A stretch of 64,000 nt of DNA from an uncultured Acidobacteriota bacterium (lineage in GTDB: Bacteria > Acidobacteriota > Vicinamibacteria > Fen-336). How positions within the stretch are numbered: the first letter of the stretch is position 1; the number at the start of each line of letters is the position of its first letter. Location of the stretch: the NCBI GenBank assembly GCA_963720545.1, contig OY970399.1:512001-576000 (forward strand), in the 5' to 3' direction. The notes under the pieces are model-generated. The model was not told where the DNA came from. It did no database searches and saw only the letters and a list, made by a program, of their open reading frames with translations. The position numbers were made by a program, and so were the translations under genes. Of this stretch, positions 9,139-18,763 are shown piece after piece.

Positions 9139-10500
9139 ATGACATCCAAAGCCAGAGCCATCACAGCCGCAGCCGCCTGCAGCGTGTTGCTCGCGCCTGT
9201 GCACGCCGCCAGCGCCGCCCCGCCGGCGACGGCGCCGGCCGTCGCTTTCACTCACGTCGAGGTGCTGCCGATGCACCGCGAGGTGGTCCTGCACGACCAG
9301 ACGGTGGTGGTCGAGGGCGGCCTGATCCTGAAGATGGACGACGCCGCGAAGCTCGCGCCGCCCAAGGGCGCTACGGTGATCGACGGCCGCGGCAAGTTCC
9401 TGATGCCGGCGCTTGCCGAGATGCATGCGCACATTCCCGGCGGCAAGGCGAGCGACGCCGCCGTCGAGCGCACGCTGTTCCTGTATGCGGCCAACGGCAT
9501 AGGCACCATCCGCGGCATGCTCGGCGACCCGCGGCATATCTCTTACCGGGAGCGTGCCGCGCGCGGCGAACTGGTCAGCCCGCGCATCTACACGAGCGGC
9601 CCGTCGCTGAACGGCAACACCGTGCCCACCGTCGAGAGCGGCGTCAAGGCAGTCACCGACCAGAAGGCGGCCGGCTACGACTTCCTCAAGATCCACCCGG
9701 GCATCAAGCGCGACGTCTACGACGCGATCGCGGCCAAGGCCGACGAGCTCTCCCTCCCCTTCGCCGGCCACGTGCCGCTCGAGGTGGGCATCGAACGCGC
9801 CCTGGCGGCCCACCAGCGCTCCATCGACCACGTGGATGGCTACGTGGAGGGCCTGGTGCCGGATGCGTCGAAGTCGGACTGGTTCGGCATCAACCTCGTC
9901 AACGACGTGGACGAAAGGAAACTGCCGGCGCTGGTCGCGGCCACCGTCGCATCGGGCTCATGGATCGTGCCGACGCAGGTTCTGTTCGACAACCTGATGA
10001 GCGACGAGGATCCGGAGGCGATGGCGAAGCGGCCGGAGCTTCAGTATGTCGTGGGCAAGGAGCAAATCGCGCAGTGGATCACCGCGAAGAAGGAGTTTCT
10101 TGCGACACCCGCGGCCGACCGCAAGCGCTTCCTCGAGCTTCGCCGCCGCATCGTCAAGGCGCTCTACGACGGCGGCGTGCCGTTCGCGCTCGGTTCGGAT
10201 GCGCCCCAGATGTGGAACGTGCCTGGCTTCTCGATCCACCATGAGCTGCAGTCGATGGTCGACTGCGGCCTCACGCCTTACCAGGCGCTCGCCATGGGCA
10301 CGAGCGCCGTCGGCACGTACTTCGGCGAGGCGCACAACGCCGGCACGGTCACGGCCGGCAAGCGCGCCGACCTGGTGCTGCTGGGCGGCAACCCGCTCGC
10401 CGACATCAAGCAGTCGTCGAACATCGCGGGCGTGATGCTGGGCGGGCGCTACCTGAGCAAGGCCGAAATCGACCAGGGGCTCGCGGCCGAGCTTCAGTAA
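9139..10500 (+). CDS. Secreted amidohydrolase-family protein
   Basis: Signal peptide; IDGRGKFLMP, MHAH, GYDFLK, GHV, IDH, GSDAP and GKRADLVLL motifs. Confidence 0.9.
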   Translation: MTSKARAITAAAACSVLLAPVHAASAAPPATAPAVAFTHVEVLPMHREVVLHDQTVVVEGGLILKMDDAAKLAPPKGATVIDGRGKFLMPALAEMHAHIPGGKASDAAVERTLFLYAANGIGTIRGMLGDPRHISYRERAARGELVSPRIYTSGPSLNGNTVPTVESGVKAVTDQKAAGYDFLKIHPGIKRDVYDAIAAKADELSLPFAGHVPLEVGIERALAAHQRSIDHVDGYVEGLVPDASKSDWFGINLVNDVDERKLPALVAATVASGSWIVPTQVLFDNLMSDEDPEAMAKRPELQYVVGKEQIAQWITAKKEFLATPAADRKRFLELRRRIVKALYDGGVPFALGSDAPQMWNVPGFSIHHELQSMVDCGLTPYQALAMGTSAVGTYFGEAHNAGTVTAGKRADLVLLGGNPLADIKQSSNIAGVMLGGRYLSKAEIDQGLAAELQ

Positions 10501-11453
10501 CCGCGCGCCGGGTCGACCAGAGAGTCGAGCGGCTTGCCCGCCTGGAACAGGGCCAGCAGCCGCCGGAACTGCGCCATCGCATCCGGGAAGAAGGCCGGCA
10601 CCTGGTCAGCGCAGTGCGGTGAGAGCAGCACATTGTCGAGCGAGTAGAACGGGTGTCCGGCGGGCAGCGGTTCGGTCTCGAAGACGTCGAGCGCCGCGCC
10701 GCGAATTCGCCGCGCGCGCAGCGCCTCGACGAGCGGCGCCTCCTGCACCGCCGCGCCCCGGCCAACGTTGACGAGGATGGAGGTCGGCTTCAGCGCGGCG
10801 ATCTCGCGCGCCCCGACCATGCCGCGCGTCTGTGGCGTCAGGGGCGTCGCCAGGACGATGTCGTCCGAGCTTGCGCACAGCTCCTCCAGCCGGTCCGCCC
10901 CCAGCACCTCGTCCACCATCGGATCTGCCACGGACGCCTGCGGGTTCCGGCGCAGCGCCTTGATGCGCATGCCAAGGGGCTTTGCGAGCGCCGCTACTGC
11001 CCTGCCGATGTTGCCGTAGCCGACGATGCCAAGCGTGCGGCCGGCGAGCATGTCGGGCGAGAACTGTTGCCAGCGGCCCTCCGCCTGTTGGCGCAGCAAA
11101 CGGCGAAAGTCCTTGAGGAAGTGCAGCAGTCCCGCGATCGTGAACTCGGCAAGCGAGGCGCTGAAAACACCCTTGCCGTTCGTCACCCGCAGCCCGGGCC
11201 GGCCGAGGTCCGGATCGACCGCATGCTCGATGCCCGCCCAGCGGATGTGCACCCAGGTGAGCGAAGGCAGGTTGGCGACGATCTCGCTCAGGGCCGCGCG
11301 GTGCTGGCCGCACACCAGGACGCAGTCGGCCCGAGGCGCCGTGGCGAAGTCCGCGGCGCGTTCGCCGTGGAAAAGCGTCGCGTCCGGTAGATCCTGCAAA
11401 TGGTGCAGTCCGGGATCGGACGGTGCGGCGAGCACCCAGATGGTCGTCGGCAT
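10494..11453 (-). CDS. D-2-hydroxyacid dehydrogenase family protein
   Basis: GIVGYGNIG Rossmann motif, NVGRG, AALDVFETEPLP, LLSPH. Confidence 0.92.
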   Translation of the reverse strand: MPTTIWVLAAPSDPGLHHLQDLPDATLFHGERAADFATAPRADCVLVCGQHRAALSEIVANLPSLTWVHIRWAGIEHAVDPDLGRPGLRVTNGKGVFSASLAEFTIAGLLHFLKDFRRLLRQQAEGRWQQFSPDMLAGRTLGIVGYGNIGRAVAALAKPLGMRIKALRRNPQASVADPMVDEVLGADRLEELCASSDDIVLATPLTPQTRGMVGAREIAALKPTSILVNVGRGAAVQEAPLVEALRARRIRGAALDVFETEPLPAGHPFYSLDNVLLSPHCADQVPAFFPDAMAQFRRLLALFQAGKPLDSLVDPARGY

Positions 11454-11482
11454 GTGCGCCGCAGGTTAGCTCCTGGCGCCGC

Positions 11483-11515
11483 AAAGAAAAACGGCGGAGG
11501 CCGAAGCCCCCGCCG
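11483..11515 (-). terminator. Rho-independent terminator after the TonB-dependent receptor
   Basis: Minus strand reads CGGCGGGGGC-TTCG-GCCTCCGCCG followed by TTTTTCTTT. Confidence 0.9.
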
Positions 11516-11537
11516 GGTTACGAAACGTCCGCTGCGG

Positions 11538-14411
11538 TTAGAAGTCGAAGCGGATGCCGAACTGCGCCAGACGCTGCTCGCCTTGCTGGAAGTCGCCGGC
11601 GAACAACGTCGGCTGGCCGAAGTTGGACGCAGTCTGCGCCTGCACGAAGCTGCTCGCCGCCGGGTTCTTGGCGTTGAACAGGTTGAAGCCCTCGGCGATC
11701 AACTGGAAGCCGGCCTTCGGGCCAAGAGCGAAACGCTTGGCGACGCGCATGTCGAGCTGGCTGAAGCCCGAGCCGCGGAAGGCGTTGTACGTTTCGACGC
11801 CCGCCGGCAGGTCGTTGGTGGTGAGGCCGTCCCGATTGTCGTCGGTGCCGGTCAGCACATTGCGTGGGAACTTCGAGTACGCGCGGAAGCTCGCCGAAAC
11901 GGTCAGGCCGTTCCCGGGACTCCAGATCGGGCTGATGGTGACGCGGTGCCGCGCATCGCGCCACACGGGGCCTTCCTGGCGATCCTGGAACGGATCGAAT
12001 GCGTTCAGGATCTGGTAGTCGCCGAACTCGTCGGTGGCGCGCAGGCTGGTCGAGGATGAGGCCTTCGACAGCGAGTACCACGCATCGATCGAGAACTTGG
12101 TGCCGCGCTTCTTGACGCCGAGGTTGACCGCCTTGTAATGGGCGCGGCCTTTGGACAAGTCCACGCGCCAGCTGGCGCTGCCGCTCTGCGGCAGGATCGA
12201 GGCGAAGCGGCGCGAGCCGCCGTCGATGCGGACGTTGAGCGTCGGACGCACGCCCAGATCCTTCATTCGCACCCAGATGCCGTTGACGTCGAGCGCGAAA
12301 CCGTTGCCCAGGTCCTTCGAGAAGCCGAAGTTCGCCTGGTCGCTATAGGGCTGCTTGATTCGCGGGGTGGCGACATGGCTCGGCAGTGGCGGCGCGGTGG
12401 CGCTCAACTGGTTGGCGGGCAACGGGTCGCCGACGTTGAAGAACGAGCCGTCGGGGTTCTTGATGCCGGCGGTGTCGTTGACCTGGTAGACGGTGCCGAA
12501 GCTCGACTGAGCGCCCACCACCGCGAACAGCACGTTGGCGTTGGTATACGCGAAGTCGGTGTAGCGGCCGACGCCGCCACGGAACAGCAGCTTGCCGTCG
12601 CCGTTCACGTCGTACGTGAAGCCCAGGCGCGGCTGGAAGTTGTTCTTGTCCTCGGCAGACTCCTTGCCGAAGTCCTCGAGGCCAATGCACGGGCACACCG
12701 AACTGTTGCCACTGAACAGGCCGGCCTGCGCCGCCGCCTGCATTTCGCGGAAGATGATGTTGCCGGTCTGGTCGAAGGCGAATCCGGTGACGAGATCGTA
12801 GCGCAGGCCCAGGTCCAGGGTCAGCTTGTCGCTCGCACGCCAGGTGTCCTGGATGTAGGCGCCGTACTGGTTGTTCGGGATCTTGCCGACGTTGCCGCCG
12901 CTGCCGCCGCCGATCGAGCCGTTGAACGTGATGTTGCTGATGGGCGCTGTCAGGCTGTCCGCCAGGCGTGTGAACTGCGGCGAGCGGCCCGACGAGAAGG
13001 TGATGTCGAGCACCGGCGAGTAGATGAAGCTCGCGCCGATCTTGAAGTCGTGGCGGCCGCTGCTGAACGAGAAGTCGTCGCGGAACTGGTACTTCTTCTG
13101 GTTCGTCGTCTGCGGCGTGTTGACGCTCTGTCCGATGACCACGCCGTTCGGGAACAGCTGGTAAGGCAGCGTCGAGTTCTCCTTGATGGTGTTGAGGAAG
13201 TAGGAGAACTGGAACACGAACTCGTTCAGGCGGCCGCCGCCGAGGTTCGAATTGAGGTTCAGGTTGGCCGAGTGGAACTTGTTCTGGCTGAGGCCCCAGT
13301 TTTCAGGCGGCGCCTGCGGGCTCGCACCGTAGGTCAGGGTCTGGTCGTTGAAGCCGTAGCGCAGCGACAGGTAGTTGGACGGGTTCACCTGGTGCGTGAT
13401 CTTGCCGACAGCGATGCGCTCGGTGACCGGAGTGTCGAATACGCCGTCCTTGTCGGGGAACAGGCCGAGTGTGTCGACCGCCTGGGTGGTCTTTTGCGAG
13501 GTCTTTTCGACCGCGAGGAAGAAGTGGGTGCGGTCCTTGACGATCGGACCGCCGAGGCTCGCGCCGAATTGGTGGCGGCGGTAGTCCCCCTTCTCGACTC
13601 CGGAGAGCTTCTCACTCTCGGTGCGGCTGTTGAGGCTCTTGTCGCGGAAGAACTCGAACGCCGACCCGCGCAGCTCGTTGGTGCCGCTCTTGGTGACGAC
13701 CTTCATCGTGCCACCGACCGAGCGGCCGGTCTCGGCGCGGAAGCGCTGGGTCTCGACCTTGAACTCGCCGATCGAGTCGAGCGGGAATGCCTGCACCAGT
13801 CCGCCGACCGTGTCGTCGTTGTTGTCGCCGCCGTCGATCAGGTAGTTGATGTTGCGGCCGCCGCCGCCGTTGATCTGGGGCGCGAGCTGCGTCGACTTGG
13901 TCGGGTCGGTGTGAATGCCGAGGCTGACGCCGGGCACCAGCGCCGCGAGGTTCGCGAACTGGCGGCCGTTGAGGGGCAGATTGGTGATCTGCGCCTGGCT
14001 GATCACGACGCCGACGCCGGTGTCGTTCTTGTCGATGAGCGGCGCATCGCCGGTGACCGTGATTTCCTCGGTCTGGCCGACGGACAGCTTGAACTCGACC
14101 TGGGTGGTGGTGCCGACGTTCACGCCCACCTTGCGGCTGATCGGCGAAAAGCCGGTCATCTCGGCGCGCACTTCGTACTCGCCGATCGTGAGGCCGTTGA
14201 TGCTGTAGGCGCCCGTCGAGTCGGAAACGGAGGAGCGCGAAAACCCGGTGCCGATGTTCTTTGCGGTGATGGTTGCGCCGGGGACCGCGAGGCCCTGCTC
14301 GTCCACGAGCCGGCCCTCGATCGACCCGCCGGTGCCCTGGGCCAGCGCGGGCGAAGCGCCGAGCGCGGCGACGATCAGGATCGCCAACAGCGCCTTCAAT
14401 TTCTTGGTCAT
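11538..14411 (-). CDS. TonB-dependent receptor, Oar-like, with an N-terminal carboxypeptidase-regulatory-like domain
   Basis: AAGGAG RBS and ATG at 14411, signal peptide, LPLNGR.F..LA.L.PGV plug, VVTKSGTN..RGS.FEF.R, C-terminal QFGIRFDF. Confidence 0.93.
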   Translation of the reverse strand: MTKKLKALLAILIVAALGASPALAQGTGGSIEGRLVDEQGLAVPGATITAKNIGTGFSRSSVSDSTGAYSINGLTIGEYEVRAEMTGFSPISRKVGVNVGTTTQVEFKLSVGQTEEITVTGDAPLIDKNDTGVGVVISQAQITNLPLNGRQFANLAALVPGVSLGIHTDPTKSTQLAPQINGGGGRNINYLIDGGDNNDDTVGGLVQAFPLDSIGEFKVETQRFRAETGRSVGGTMKVVTKSGTNELRGSAFEFFRDKSLNSRTESEKLSGVEKGDYRRHQFGASLGGPIVKDRTHFFLAVEKTSQKTTQAVDTLGLFPDKDGVFDTPVTERIAVGKITHQVNPSNYLSLRYGFNDQTLTYGASPQAPPENWGLSQNKFHSANLNLNSNLGGGRLNEFVFQFSYFLNTIKENSTLPYQLFPNGVVIGQSVNTPQTTNQKKYQFRDDFSFSSGRHDFKIGASFIYSPVLDITFSSGRSPQFTRLADSLTAPISNITFNGSIGGGSGGNVGKIPNNQYGAYIQDTWRASDKLTLDLGLRYDLVTGFAFDQTGNIIFREMQAAAQAGLFSGNSSVCPCIGLEDFGKESAEDKNNFQPRLGFTYDVNGDGKLLFRGGVGRYTDFAYTNANVLFAVVGAQSSFGTVYQVNDTAGIKNPDGSFFNVGDPLPANQLSATAPPLPSHVATPRIKQPYSDQANFGFSKDLGNGFALDVNGIWVRMKDLGVRPTLNVRIDGGSRRFASILPQSGSASWRVDLSKGRAHYKAVNLGVKKRGTKFSIDAWYSLSKASSSTSLRATDEFGDYQILNAFDPFQDRQEGPVWRDARHRVTISPIWSPGNGLTVSASFRAYSKFPRNVLTGTDDNRDGLTTNDLPAGVETYNAFRGSGFSQLDMRVAKRFALGPKAGFQLIAEGFNLFNAKNPAASSFVQAQTASNFGQPTLFAGDFQQGEQRLAQFGIRFDF

Positions 14412-14471
14412 CAATATGTTCTCCTTGTGAGTCCACGTTCAACGGGACGGGAGGTCTTCAAGGCTTTTGAC

Positions 14472-14489
14472 ATGCAAGTGACTTGCCGT
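14472..14489 (-). promoter_or_regulatory. Putative sigma54 (-24/-12) promoter of the TonB receptor
   Basis: Minus strand ACGGCAAGTCACTTGCAT has GG-N10-GC spacing and a TTGCA -12 element. Confidence 0.65.
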
Positions 14490-14598
14490 GACATCTCCCC
14501 CGGCCGCCCCAATGAAAACAAGGACTTACGTGCTCAACCACTTGAATCAAGTTCAAGCAAACCATGAGATTGGATCGAGTCCGTCCGGTTGAATCCGT

Positions 14599-16674
14599 TC
14601 AGCGAAGCGAGCGCCGCAGCGATAGCGCGCGAGCGCGCAGTTCCGCGTCCTTCAATAAAGGTAAGAGCGACGTGAGGATCGCGTTCGCTTCACTCGCGTT
14701 GCCAGCGGCAGCTTCGGCAACAGCGAGGTTGAGGCGCGCCTCCTGGTGCTGCGGCTCGCGGCGCAACGCTTCGCGGAACAACTCCGCTGCCGCGCGCGGG
14801 TCGCCGGCCTGCACCGCGAGGACGCCGAGGCCGTTCAGCGGATCGGGATCGGCAGGCGCCAGGCTTGCCGCTCGGCGATAAGCATCGGCAGCTGCGGCAT
14901 TGCGGCCGAGGCCGCGCAGCACGTTGCCCTTGTTGGCGTACCCGCGAGCGTTGTTGGGATCGAGCGCCAGCACCAGCTCGAACGCCGCCAGCGCGTCCTG
15001 CAACCTGCCGCGCGATGCAAGCAAGGAGCCGCGCAGGTTGTGCGGCTCGGGCAGCCGCGGGTTGAGGGCGATCGCGCGGTCTTCGGCGGCGAGCGCGCCC
15101 GCCGCGTCGCCCTTGTCCGCAAGCAGCACGGCGCGCTCGTGCCAGGTGAGTGCGTCGGTGGACGCCGGCAGGTCGAGGAGCGTCGCGTCGGGCTCGATCC
15201 GCGCGGTGCGCAGCGCCGCGGCGAGGCTGCGGCGAAACATTTCGTTTCCCGGATCCTCGCCCACGAGCTCGCGGAACTGCGCGACCGCCGCCGCCTGCTC
15301 GCCGCGGCCCGCAGCCCACGTGGCCTCCTCGAAACGGTTCCAGAGCGCGACCGCATCCTTCGGGTCCCGCAGCCCGATTGCTGGCGCACTCGACGTCGCT
15401 GCGGGCTGCGCCACCACATATCCGAGTGCGCGCAGCCGCTCTTCGACTTCGGGATCGACGCTGGTCGCGGCCTGCGTCGGCGGCCGCGCCGCGATCGCCG
15501 CGAGCTGCCGCTCCATCGCAGCGATCGCGGGGCGTGAGGACGCGTAGACGTTCACCGACTCCCCCGCATCCTGCGCAATGTCGTATGCCTCCGGCCGCGG
15601 TGCCGCGATCACCTTCAGGGCACCTTCGCGCAGCGCGCGCAGCGGCGCCCAGCCGAAGCTCGCGGGATAGACCGACTCGGCATATGCCGGCTGCGGCACG
15701 GCGTTGCGGCCGAGCAGGTCGACGCCGTCGAGTCCCGACACCGGTGGCATGCCCGCAAGACGCAGCAGAGTCGGGGCGAGATCGACGCTGCGCGCCCACG
15801 GCCGCTCGCCGCCCTTCGCGATTCCGGGCCCGGCGAGGATCAGCGGTACACGCAGCGTCGATTCGTAGACGAAGAAGCCGTGGGTTTTTTCGGCGTGCTC
15901 GCCCAGGCCCTCCCCGTGGTCGGCGGTGAGTGCCACCACCACGTCCTTCGCCGCGACCGCCGCGAGCAGTCGCGACACGCAGGCATCGGCCGACGCGATC
16001 TCGGCTTCGTACGGTCGGCCCGGTGCCTGTGACCGGAACGGGTCGGGCGGGTCGTAGGGCGCATGTGGATCGTAGAAGTGTACCCAGGCGAAGAAGGGCC
16101 CGTGCTGGGCGCCGATCCACGCGGTCGCGGCTGCCGCCACCGCGTCGCAGCGGCGCTCCGACTCGAGGGCGCTCACGCCGGACGTTCGCCGTTCGATCGC
16201 GTCGTCGTAAATGTCGAAGCCGCGGCTCAGGCCGAAGCGGCGGTCGAGCACGTAGGCGCCGACGAATGCGCCGGTCGCGAGGCCGCGGGCCTTGAACCAT
16301 GTGGCGAGCGTAGCGTGCGCAGCGGGAAACACGTCGACGCCGTTGTCGTGAACGCCGTGATGCCAGGGCTCGAGCCCGGAAAGGATGGTCGCGTGCGACG
16401 GCAACGTCAGCGGCACGGAGCTGAGCGCGGTACGGAAGAAGGTGCCGCGCCGCGCCAGCGCATCGATGCCGGGCGTCTGCGCAGCGTCGCGGCCGCCATA
16501 GATGCCGACGCGGTCGGCGCGCAGCGTGTCGATGGTGATGAGCAGGACGCTCGGCGGCGGGCGGTGATCGCTGCGCCAGCGGACGGCGAGAACGGCGGCC
16601 GCCAGCAGCACGCCGACGACGGCGAGCGCCCTGCCCCGCCACCGCGGCCGGTGCAACTGGCGTGCCTGCGTCAC
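14599..16674 (-). CDS. Sulfatase-like hydrolase (alkaline phosphatase superfamily) with C-terminal TPRs
   Basis: LLITIDTLRAD, PLTLPSH, H.YDPH.PY, ADHGE, RLRALGY, then TPR repeats; N-terminal TM anchor. Confidence 0.9.
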   Translation of the reverse strand: MTQARQLHRPRWRGRALAVVGVLLAAAVLAVRWRSDHRPPPSVLLITIDTLRADRVGIYGGRDAAQTPGIDALARRGTFFRTALSSVPLTLPSHATILSGLEPWHHGVHDNGVDVFPAAHATLATWFKARGLATGAFVGAYVLDRRFGLSRGFDIYDDAIERRTSGVSALESERRCDAVAAAATAWIGAQHGPFFAWVHFYDPHAPYDPPDPFRSQAPGRPYEAEIASADACVSRLLAAVAAKDVVVALTADHGEGLGEHAEKTHGFFVYESTLRVPLILAGPGIAKGGERPWARSVDLAPTLLRLAGMPPVSGLDGVDLLGRNAVPQPAYAESVYPASFGWAPLRALREGALKVIAAPRPEAYDIAQDAGESVNVYASSRPAIAAMERQLAAIAARPPTQAATSVDPEVEERLRALGYVVAQPAATSSAPAIGLRDPKDAVALWNRFEEATWAAGRGEQAAAVAQFRELVGEDPGNEMFRRSLAAALRTARIEPDATLLDLPASTDALTWHERAVLLADKGDAAGALAAEDRAIALNPRLPEPHNLRGSLLASRGRLQDALAAFELVLALDPNNARGYANKGNVLRGLGRNAAAADAYRRAASLAPADPDPLNGLGVLAVQAGDPRAAAELFREALRREPQHQEARLNLAVAEAAAGNASEANAILTSLLPLLKDAELRARALSLRRSLR

Positions 16675-18389
16675 TTCACGACCGCGAGTCGCGTCTGCGC
16701 GGCGGCACGGGTGGCGTCGTCGCCGAGGGCCGCCTGGTAGTGGCCGCGCGCGCCCTCGACATCGCCCGCGAGGCGCGCGATCTCGCCGAGGTTGAAGTGA
16801 GCCTGGCCGTTCTGCGGATCGACCCGCAACGCACCCGAGAACGCCTCTTGCGCCGCCTGCATCCGGCCGAGGCGCGCGAGCGCCGTCCCAAGGCCGACGA
16901 ACGCGTCGGCGCTGCGCGGACCCGCACGCGTGACGCGCTCGAAGTAAGGAATCGCGGCACGCGCGTCGCCCGAGCGCAACAGGCCGTCGGCAAGGCGCAG
17001 GTTGAGGAGCGGGTTCCGCGGATCGAGGCGCACGAGCTTGCGATAGGCGGCGAGCATCTCAGCATCATTCGCGAACGGGCCACCGGCGCGACTGATCGCG
17101 AGCGCTACGTCCACCTTGTCCTTCGGGTCGGCGCCCGAGCCGCGGCCGCCCGGCCCCTGGACGTAGCCCAGGCTGCGCAGCGCTTCCGACTCCGCCGGAT
17201 CGGCCCGCGCCAGCGCCTGGGCGTCTCCCGACTTCGCGAGGTAGTCCTCGAGGGCGCGCGACAGCCGACGCGCGGTTTCGGGTTCCGAAGCAGCGAGATC
17301 GTGCGCCTCGCCGGGATCGGCGGCGACGTCGTAAAGCTCGGGACGCGGCGCGCGAATGAACTTGTAACGGCCCTCGCGCCACGCCCGCAGGTCGCTCCAG
17401 CCGAAATCGAGGCGCGGCGCCAGCGTCTCCGCGTAGAGCGGCGTGCCCGCGGCCGCGCCACCGGGGGCGAACAGGTCGTGGCCGGGAAGCGGCCCGCCGG
17501 CGTTCGCCAGTTGCAGCAGGGTGGCGGCCAGGTCCGTAGTTGCAACCGGCCGCTCGATCACCGTGCCGGCGGGGACACCGGCGGCGCGCACCAGCAGCGG
17601 CACATGCAGCGTTGTGTCGTAGACGAACAGGCTGTGGCTCTCCTCGCGGTGCTCGCCGAAGGCCTCGCCGTGATCGGCGGTCACCGCGACGATCGAGCCG
17701 CCTTCCTGGGCGCGCGCGTCCCACGCGCGCAGCAGGCCGCCGAACGACGCATCGACCGACGCGATCTCGCCGCGGTATGGGTCGTCGCCGCGGAAGACGG
17801 CCGGCGGTTCGTAGGGATGGTGCGGATCGAAGTAGTGGACCCACAGGAACACCGGTGAGCTCTGCGCACCGAGCCACGCAAGCGCGGCGGTCGTGACGTC
17901 GGCAGCCGGCCGCTCGGCGAGTTCGAAGTGGGTGCCGCCCTGGCGCCGGAAGGCATCGTCATACGTGTCGAAGCCACGGCCCAGCCCGTAACGATGGTGC
18001 AGCGGCGCCGCGGCAACGAAGGCGCCAGTCGCATAGCCGTGCGCCTTCAATGCTTCCGCCAGAGTGCGCGGCCGCGGGCCAAGCGTGAAGACACCGTTGC
18101 CGCGCACCCCGTGCTCGGGCGGCAGCAGGCCAGTAAGCAGCGAGGCGTGCGACGGCAGCGTCACCGGCGCGGCCGCGAAGGCGTGAGCGAAGCGGGCCCC
18201 GGCGCGCGCCAGCGAGTCGAGACTTGGAGTCCGCGCGCGGCTGTCGCCGTAGGACCCCAGGCGGTCGGCGCGAAGGGTGTCGATCGTCACCAGCAGGACC
18301 GAAGGCGGGACATGCTGGGCTTGCCTCGCCGGCTTGGCATTGCACGCAGCGCCGGCCAGCAGACAGAAAAACAGTGGCGCCGGCTTCAC
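16671..18389 (-). CDS. Sulfatase-like lipoprotein with C-terminal TPRs
   Basis: Lipobox-like AGAAC; LLVTIDTLRAD, PVTLPSH, HYFDPH, ADHGE, LRSLGY, TPRs; stop overlaps the next gene's start (GTGA). Confidence 0.9.
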   Translation of the reverse strand: MKPAPLFFCLLAGAACNAKPARQAQHVPPSVLLVTIDTLRADRLGSYGDSRARTPSLDSLARAGARFAHAFAAAPVTLPSHASLLTGLLPPEHGVRGNGVFTLGPRPRTLAEALKAHGYATGAFVAAAPLHHRYGLGRGFDTYDDAFRRQGGTHFELAERPAADVTTAALAWLGAQSSPVFLWVHYFDPHHPYEPPAVFRGDDPYRGEIASVDASFGGLLRAWDARAQEGGSIVAVTADHGEAFGEHREESHSLFVYDTTLHVPLLVRAAGVPAGTVIERPVATTDLAATLLQLANAGGPLPGHDLFAPGGAAAGTPLYAETLAPRLDFGWSDLRAWREGRYKFIRAPRPELYDVAADPGEAHDLAASEPETARRLSRALEDYLAKSGDAQALARADPAESEALRSLGYVQGPGGRGSGADPKDKVDVALAISRAGGPFANDAEMLAAYRKLVRLDPRNPLLNLRLADGLLRSGDARAAIPYFERVTRAGPRSADAFVGLGTALARLGRMQAAQEAFSGALRVDPQNGQAHFNLGEIARLAGDVEGARGHYQAALGDDATRAAAQTRLAVVK

Positions 18390-18402
18390 GGGGCTATGCT
18401 AC

Positions 18403-18762
18403 ATGGCGATGTTCGAGCACAAGCGGCAGCGCGTCCTCCCCACCACTCAGTTTCGCAAACGCGTCGCCAAGAGCGTGCTGCTGGCGCTTGCCATCATCGG
18501 CGGCTCGCTCCTTATCGGTGTCGTCGGCTACCGCCTGACGGAAGGCATGCCGTGGCTCGACGCCTTCCTCAACGCCTCGATGCTGATGGGCGGCATGGGG
18601 CCGGTCGGCGAGCTACACAAGAGCGCCGCCAAGGTGTTCGCCTCCCTGTTCGCCCTCTACGCCGGCCTCGTCTTCATCGTCACCGCGTCGCTGATCCTCG
18701 CGCCGCTCGTGCACCGCATGCTCCACAAGCTGCATGCCGACGCCGAAAAAGGCGGTTCGTGA
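18403..18762 (+). CDS. Small membrane protein with a potassium-channel-like TM-pore-TM layout but no GYG filter (start 18403 or 18409)
   Basis: SL.IG..GY...E...W.DAFLNASML.GGMGPV...AK.FAS.FALY.G pattern. Confidence 0.7.
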   Translation: MAMFEHKRQRVLPTTQFRKRVAKSVLLALAIIGGSLLIGVVGYRLTEGMPWLDAFLNASMLMGGMGPVGELHKSAAKVFASLFALYAGLVFIVTASLILAPLVHRMLHKLHADAEKGGS

Positions 18763-18763
18763 G

